NCBI GenBank assembly: GCA_043814095.1
Contig: JBDRKI010000123.1
Coordinates: 1 to 30,858 of the forward strand
Length of the DNA: 30,858 nucleotides
Reading direction: 5' to 3'
DNA from: Armatimonadota bacterium
GTDB lineage: Bacteria > Vulcanimicrobiota > JACPDS01 > JBDRKI01
Below, piece by piece: positions 25,777-30,858 of this stretch. Both the position numbers and the translations under genes were made by a program. Under the pieces are notes generated by a model, which saw only the letters and a program-made list of their open reading frames with translations, searched no databases and was not told the origin of the DNA. The stretch's first letter is position 1, and each line of letters begins with the position of its first letter.

Positions 25777-26457
25777 TTATATTTTTTTATAAAAATATAC
25801 AAAGCTTTCTCCCCATGAGAAAGGATAAACTCTCTTATCTGTTTCTTTGAGAAAATCGCAATCCATCTTTATGCTTACAGATATAATTGAAGAGCCTGTT
25901 TTTACTTCCTTGAGTTTGTTTTTAAGTTTTTCCATATTTTCTTCATCCCATGTTGTCGGAGTGAAATAAATTATATCAAATTCTTTTATATCATATCCGG
26001 AGAAATCCCCATTAATAAAATCCGCATTTTCAAGACCCAGTTTCCGCTTTATTTTATTTGCCGTATCTACATACTCGGGTATTAATTCAAATCCGGCGGA
26101 TTTCATTTTAAAATAAAGAGCGGCAAAAAGTACAGTTGCGCCGCGGCCTGAGCCCAGATCGCAGAATGAGAGGCCGGACGTGGGATTTGTTTGGTCCAGA
26201 ATATGTTTTATTGTTATAAATGGAGTTTCGCCGTATATAAGGTTGTCGGGATGAGTTTTTGTCGTTTTTTTGCGCCTGCTTACGATTGTAAATGGCGAAT
26301 CCGAAAAGTAGTAAATCCAGAAATAAAACTTTATTTTCCAGAACCACGGATATATCCCGAACACGGAAACTTCATATAAAAATAAAGAAAGCTGGTTAAA
26401 TAAGCTTTCTAAAATTATGCCGTATATTCCCAACCTGTCTTTTAGCTTCATAAACAA
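25777..26457 (-). CDS. Class I SAM-dependent methyltransferase (DOT1-like motifs)
   Basis: LIYGET, FCDLGSGRG, GFEL, FINGDF, DIIY. Confidence 0.8.
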   Translation of the reverse strand: MFMKLKDRLGIYGIILESLFNQLSLFLYEVSVFGIYPWFWKIKFYFWIYYFSDSPFTIVSRRKKTTKTHPDNLIYGETPFITIKHILDQTNPTSGLSFCDLGSGRGATVLFAALYFKMKSAGFELIPEYVDTANKIKRKLGLENADFINGDFSGYDIKEFDIIYFTPTTWDEENMEKLKNKLKEVKTGSSIISVSIKMDCDFLKETDKRVYPFSWGESFVYFYKKI

Positions 26458-26472
26458 AAACTCTTTTAGAAG

Positions 26473-27246
26473 TTACTTTATTTTCCGGGCAAGTATTATC
26501 AGGCGGGGGGTAATTTCGGTATATTTGCCTCCCGCGAAACTGCCAAAAACTTTTTCTACTTTCAAGCCGTTTCTCCTGAGAATCTCCTTCATTTCTTTTG
26601 ATGTATAAACTCTCAAAACGATATTAAATTTTCTTGTTTTACCGTTAGGAGATATATAAATACGCTCTTCAATATTACGGCTGGTTTTTTTATCGAAGCT
26701 TCTTTTATAGAGTATAAAAGAAGAGTCAGGGAGTCTTGTCCAGTCTTTCTCCCTGTATATTTTCATAAGGTGGCCTTTATTTAGAATGTCAATAATAAAA
26801 AGGCCGCCGGGTTTTAATGCGCAGGATACCTGTTTTATGACTTTTTCATCTTCTCTGTCATTTTCTAAATATCCGAAAGAAGTAAAAAGATTCACGACCG
26901 CGTCAAATTCATTTTTAAACGGGATCTTTCTCATGTCAGATATAATGAAATCTGCATCTGTTTTTTCTTTCTGTGCTTTTTCATTAGCTCTTTTTATAAA
27001 AAAGGCATTAAGATCCTGTCCTGTTACGCTGTATCCTCTTTTTGCAAGTTCCACAGCGTGCCTGCCGTACCCGCAGCAGATATCCAGTATCTTTGATTTT
27101 TTTCTGAACCCGAGAAGCTTGTCTATAAAATCAACTTCCATTTGTGTCTTTTGCCCGGAATTTATAAATACGTATTCATCCATATATATTTTCCCGAAAA
27201 AGCCGGCTTTTTCGGAATACCAGGGTATTTTCATATTGTCCTCCAT
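26473..27246 (-). CDS. Class I SAM-dependent methyltransferase
   Basis: ILDICCGYGRH, VTGQDL, DMR, FDAVVNLFTSFGY, LKPGG. Confidence 0.93.
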   Translation of the reverse strand: MEDNMKIPWYSEKAGFFGKIYMDEYVFINSGQKTQMEVDFIDKLLGFRKKSKILDICCGYGRHAVELAKRGYSVTGQDLNAFFIKRANEKAQKEKTDADFIISDMRKIPFKNEFDAVVNLFTSFGYLENDREDEKVIKQVSCALKPGGLFIIDILNKGHLMKIYREKDWTRLPDSSFILYKRSFDKKTSRNIEERIYISPNGKTRKFNIVLRVYTSKEMKEILRRNGLKVEKVFGSFAGGKYTEITPRLIILARKIK

Positions 27247-27355
27247 AAAAGATACTTCAAAATACCCACCAGCTTTTCCTTTAAAAACAAAGGGAATAAG
27301 TATATGCTGTAGAAAAAATATAGCAATAATCTTAATTCTATCTCGGGAGAAATAT

Positions 27356-28012
27356 ATGTTTGAACATCATTCCAACCTGTTTTTTATAACTGTCTTTTTC
27401 GGCTTTTTTGCCATAATGAATCCGCTTGTCAATATGCCTATATTTATAAGTCTTGTTCAGGATTTTGACGAAAAGAAAAAAAACAGCATTGCCCTGCAAT
27501 CTGTTTTTTATGCATTTATTATTATTGCTGTTTTTTGTTTTACAGGAAAATTTATATTTGACGCTTTCGGGATAACACTCCCCGCCTTCCAGATTACCGG
27601 CGGTATAATTGTTTTTTATATAGGGCTGGAAGTCCTGCAGTCTAAATCTTCCAAAGCGCACTCCCAATCATTACCGGACGGTAGTGACCCGACGGGTATT
27701 GATACCAATCTAGCCGTTACACCGCTGGCCGTGCCTATTCTGGCAGGGCCGGGCACAATATCAACCGCCATGAATTTTTCTGCAAACACGGATTTTTTCA
27801 GGGTTTTAATGGTAATAACTATGTTCGCGGCTGTATGTGTTTTAACATATATCGCCTTCAGGTATGGTGAAAAATTAATGGGTTTTTTGGGGCCGAGGTT
27901 CATAATGGTGCTAGGCCGGCTTATGGGTCTTATTCTTGCCGTTATCGGCACGGAGATGTTCATGCAGGGAGTTAAAGGCGCCATTATAATGAGCGGTCTG
28001 TTTCCTAAATAA
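27356..28012 (+). CDS. MarC family membrane protein
   Basis: FAIMNPL, FGITLPAFQITGG, PLAVPILAGPGTI, RLMGLIL. ATG 27356 with GGAG SD. Confidence 0.93.
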   Translation: MFEHHSNLFFITVFFGFFAIMNPLVNMPIFISLVQDFDEKKKNSIALQSVFYAFIIIAVFCFTGKFIFDAFGITLPAFQITGGIIVFYIGLEVLQSKSSKAHSQSLPDGSDPTGIDTNLAVTPLAVPILAGPGTISTAMNFSANTDFFRVLMVITMFAAVCVLTYIAFRYGEKLMGFLGPRFIMVLGRLMGLILAVIGTEMFMQGVKGAIIMSGLFPK

Positions 28013-28036
28013 TAATTTATCCATAACTTTTATGTA

Positions 28037-28516
28037 TTATAAATTATAATCATCCGCAAAAAGATCAATAAGGGCTTCTTCTTCAGTTGAGTCGTTGTGT
28101 GATACAAGGAATATATTTTCTGCCTGTTGATTTTCGGTTTCCGTAAAATACGCGACAACTTCCGGTTGTTTGGGATTTATAAATTTATCTTTTACAGGAG
28201 TAAAAAAGAAAATAAAGATCCCGAAAATTATTAATATTGCCGCGAACGCGTAAGCCGGTTTTAACCCGAAGAAGGAAAACGAAGGTTTGGATTCTTTTTT
28301 GCTTCTTATTTTAGACATTAATTTTTGGTTGAAAGAAGACGGGAGAGAGTCTTTTATAATTCCCTGTTTTACTGATGAGCTTACTCTTTTTAAAACCTCA
28401 AGCTCTGTCGCGCAGTCAGGACAGGCTTCAATATGTTTTTCTATCTCAGCCCGGTTTGCAATTTCCCTGTCAATGTATTCATTTAACAAGTTTTTTATCT
28501 CATTGCAGTCTTTCAT
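28037..28516 (-). CDS. Zinc-binding anti-sigma factor (zf-HC2) with TM helix
   Basis: C...YID...HIEACPDC motif, one TM segment, coupled to the sigma gene. Confidence 0.9.
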   Translation of the reverse strand: MKDCNEIKNLLNEYIDREIANRAEIEKHIEACPDCATELEVLKRVSSSVKQGIIKDSLPSSFNQKLMSKIRSKKESKPSFSFFGLKPAYAFAAILIIFGIFIFFFTPVKDKFINPKQPEVVAYFTETENQQAENIFLVSHNDSTEEEALIDLFADDYNL

Positions 28517-29064
28517 TCGGCATCACTCCTTACCATATCCTTAAGCTGTAAAGCCAGGTCCTGCCTTGCCCGCCTTATTTTTGTTTTTACGGTATTTATG
28601 TTCTCATTTAATATTTCCGAAATCTGTTCGTACGAAAGTCCTTCCAGTTCCCTTAATATAATGGCTTCTTTGTAGCCGTTCTTAAGGCTTTTAAGGGCAT
28701 TTAAAATTTGCCTGCTTTCTTCCTTTTTTATGTAAATTTCTTCAGAATTTGTTCCTGTTTGTATGAAATTTTCCATCTCCTCCAGAGAAGCCGTAATTGC
28801 TTTTTTCTTTTTTATATAATCCTTGCAAAGGTTTTTCGCTATCTGGTATATGTAAGTTGAGATTTTGCAGTGTCCTTTAAAATTTTTAAGATCTTTATAG
28901 AAACGGTAGAACGCTTCCATTACAATTTCCTGTGCGTCTTCCCTGTTGTATATTATATTAAGAACAAAATTGTAAACCTTATTTTTATGCTCATCCACAA
29001 TCTGCTCGAAATATTCTTCGCGGCCTTCCAGTATATTATTTACCAGTTCCCGTTCGTTAGGCAT
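28513..29064 (-). CDS. ECF RNA polymerase sigma factor (SigW/RpoE-like)
   Basis: DAQEIVMEAF, STYIYQIAKNLCKD, EGLSYEQISEIL...TVKTKIRRAR. Confidence 0.95.
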   Translation of the reverse strand: MPNERELVNNILEGREEYFEQIVDEHKNKVYNFVLNIIYNREDAQEIVMEAFYRFYKDLKNFKGHCKISTYIYQIAKNLCKDYIKKKKAITASLEEMENFIQTGTNSEEIYIKKEESRQILNALKSLKNGYKEAIILRELEGLSYEQISEILNENINTVKTKIRRARQDLALQLKDMVRSDAE

Positions 29065-29089
29065 GTAAAACCTCTTGTGTTTATATGGT

Positions 29090-29117
29090 AAGGGCAGGGC
29101 AAATACACCCTGCCCTT
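29090..29117. repeat. GC-rich hairpin between the Spy-like and sigma genes
   Basis: AAGGGCAGGG (29090-29099) and CCCTGCCCTT (29108-29117). Confidence 0.65.
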
Positions 29118-29125
29118 TGTAATTA

Positions 29126-29689
29126 TTATGACTTACACTCTTTACAGTTTCCGGATTTATCCTGTTTCTGTTTTAATCCCTTCATCTGCTTCTGCATTTC
29201 GTCAAACTTTGCCTTCTGCTGGTCTGTCAGTATGGTTTTTATCTCTTCGTTGATTTTCTTCATGGTTTCAAAGCGGCTGTTTTTATCAGCTTTTGAACAC
29301 ATTTGATCCTGATACTTTTTAATTATCTGCTTAACCTGAACCTGCTGTTCTGTGGTTAAGCTGAGTTTTTTGCCGTACACCGAAGCCATTTTGTCGGCCA
29401 TTTTGTCGGCAATCGTACTTTTGAGCTTTTGCAGCTGTTCGGGAGTAAGAACCTGCTCTATTTTAGTCTTGTATTTTTCCTTGACCTGTTTTACCTCTTT
29501 TTTCTCTTCCTGCAGAAGTGTCTTTATCTGCTGTTTCTGCGCGTCGGTAAGGTCAGGGATAAGGTTGAGCATTCCCTCACACTGCTGTCCTTGTTTCTGC
29601 TTCATTGCCTGCATCTGCGGAGCGGCCATAACCGCCTGGGCTAAAAAAGCCGCTAAAACCAGTAAAATTATGAATGTTTTCTTATGCAT
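29126..29689 (-). CDS. Spy/CpxP-like periplasmic protein with LTXXQ motifs
   Basis: Signal peptide; LTDAQ, LTPEQ, LTTEQ, LTDQQ. Confidence 0.85.
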   Translation of the reverse strand: MHKKTFIILLVLAAFLAQAVMAAPQMQAMKQKQGQQCEGMLNLIPDLTDAQKQQIKTLLQEEKKEVKQVKEKYKTKIEQVLTPEQLQKLKSTIADKMADKMASVYGKKLSLTTEQQVQVKQIIKKYQDQMCSKADKNSRFETMKKINEEIKTILTDQQKAKFDEMQKQMKGLKQKQDKSGNCKECKS

Positions 29690-29721
29690 ATTTGTATCCT
29701 CCTTTCGTCTTTCTACTATGT

Positions 29722-29749
29722 TAGACGATAAATTCTTAAAAAAGTTTCA
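29722..29749 (-). promoter_or_regulatory. ECF (SigW/SigM-like) promoter
   Basis: Minus strand TGAAAC-N16-CGTCTA, upstream of the spy-sigma-anti-sigma operon. Confidence 0.8.
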
Positions 29750-29804
29750 ATTTGGATAACGGATATAATTTATATTTAATAATAATTCTTCCTTTTAAAG
29801 GAAA

Positions 29805-30239
29805 ATGGTTATTTTAATAGAATTTCTAAATATGGTAAAAAACAGTTTAAAAAGTAAAAAAGGCGTAATATTAATTACGGTTTTAATTTTGTTAGTTATA
29901 GTTTTTATTCTCGGCGGAACTTTAATATTATATGCAAACCGCGATCTTTTTACTGCCATGCGGACCGAGAATTCCATGAACGCTCTTTATCTGGCTCAAG
30001 CGGGGTTAATGTACACATCTATAGAGCTTACAAATTTCCGCCTTGACGGCTCCCGTCCCGAACATACGACAGATCCCCCGAAGGAGTTGAGTACGGGTAA
30101 GTTTATAGTTAAGGCCGCGCTTAATAATAATGGTACTGTATCGGTGGAATCCAGAGGCATAAGCGGGAAGGCCGAGAAAGTAATTCACGCGGTATTTTCG
30201 TCGAATAAAAGCGGCAGCAGTTACGACTGGTATTATTAG
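29805..30239 (+). CDS. PilX/GspK-like minor pilin with class III-like N-terminus
   Basis: KSKKG|VILITVLILL followed by ALYLAQAGL and VESRG. The start may be ATG 29832. Confidence 0.75.
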   Translation: MVILIEFLNMVKNSLKSKKGVILITVLILLVIVFILGGTLILYANRDLFTAMRTENSMNALYLAQAGLMYTSIELTNFRLDGSRPEHTTDPPKELSTGKFIVKAALNNNGTVSVESRGISGKAEKVIHAVFSSNKSGSSYDWYY

Positions 30240-30248
30240 AGGAATATT

Positions 30249-30785
30249 ATGAAAAAAAGAAACCGAGGCCATACGCTGGTAGAAGTTATCGTTTCAATGG
30301 TAATTATAACGCTTATGATTGTTCTTGTTGCCCAGCTTTCCGTTAACTCGTGGAGGTATGTAAGGTACGGTTCCGCGCAGTCCGACCAGTTCGCAGGCGC
30401 GCGTACGCTTATGAATAATTTAAGCGAAGCCATAATGGCGTCTAATGAAGTTTATGATACAAGTCCCGATCTTTTAACTGTGAGGCGCACTTATTATATA
30501 GGGGGACCGGAAGTTAAGATAATAAGCTACAAGATGGAGGAGAATAAGCATAAGTTATTTGACATATATAAAATTGAATATCCTCTTGATTATGATCCCA
30601 AAGAGCCTTCTAAGCATATAGCGGTAGGGGGCAGGAAAACGCTTGTGGCTAAGAATGTAAGTGAGTGTACTGTAAAACAGGATCCATCCAATCCGAAACT
30701 CTATAATATAACCATGGAGCTTACTAATCTTGATCCTAAAATACCCAAGTTTAATATAAAAACAAAAGTGCTGAGGAAAAAATAG
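30249..30785 (+). CDS. Prepilin-type N-terminal cleavage/methylation protein
   Basis: KKRNRG|HTLVEVIVSM with Glu at +5. Confidence 0.85.
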   Translation: MKKRNRGHTLVEVIVSMVIITLMIVLVAQLSVNSWRYVRYGSAQSDQFAGARTLMNNLSEAIMASNEVYDTSPDLLTVRRTYYIGGPEVKIISYKMEENKHKLFDIYKIEYPLDYDPKEPSKHIAVGGRKTLVAKNVSECTVKQDPSNPKLYNITMELTNLDPKIPKFNIKTKVLRKK

Positions 30786-30802
30786 CACGAAAGGAGCCTG
30801 GC

Positions 30803-30858
30803 GTGAAATTATTTTTCAATAGAAAATCCAGAGGTTTTTCGTTAATTGAAGTTGTAAT
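30803..30858 (+). CDS. Prepilin-type protein, truncated by the window edge
   Basis: AAGGAG SD, GTG start, MKLFFNRKSRG|FSLIEVV. Confidence 0.8.
   Translation, partial: MKLFFNRKSRGFSLIEVV

Noticed and set aside
26786-27355. 190-aa N-terminal extension on MarC (408-aa ORF)
   Set aside because: It is mostly the antisense shadow of the methyltransferase gene; MarC homology and an SD start at 27356.
29-30788. Many short ORFs antisense to or nested in called genes (e.g. 2963-3400, 14144-14659, 29352-29759, 10584-10793)
   Set aside because: They are shadow frames of well-supported genes, with no recognisable motifs.

Overview
Bacterial chromosomal window from an AT-rich diderm (it encodes a TolC-family protein and pilin-like genes). 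Housekeeping genes include transporters, purA, methyltransferases, MarC, and an ECF sigma/anti-sigma/Spy module. The most striking observation is a 1315-bp TnpB-only IS200/IS605-family element (10638-11952) inserted inside an M-box (ykoK) Mg2+ riboswitch, at the conserved GTTAG^GTGAGGCT motif. It separates the aptamer's 5' strand from the rest of the leader of an NRAMP-like/MgtE_N-CBS operon. The predicted TnpB guide is therefore riboswitch sequence and the predicted TAM (TTAG) is part of the riboswitch consensus. Other notable features: a TolC-ankyrin fusion leading an operon with two paralogous secreted proteins, and two arrays of unrecognised paralogous genes (4.5-8.8 kb and 18.1-20.4 kb) carrying shared upstream DNA motifs. 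All calls come from reading the sequence; no database searches were run.
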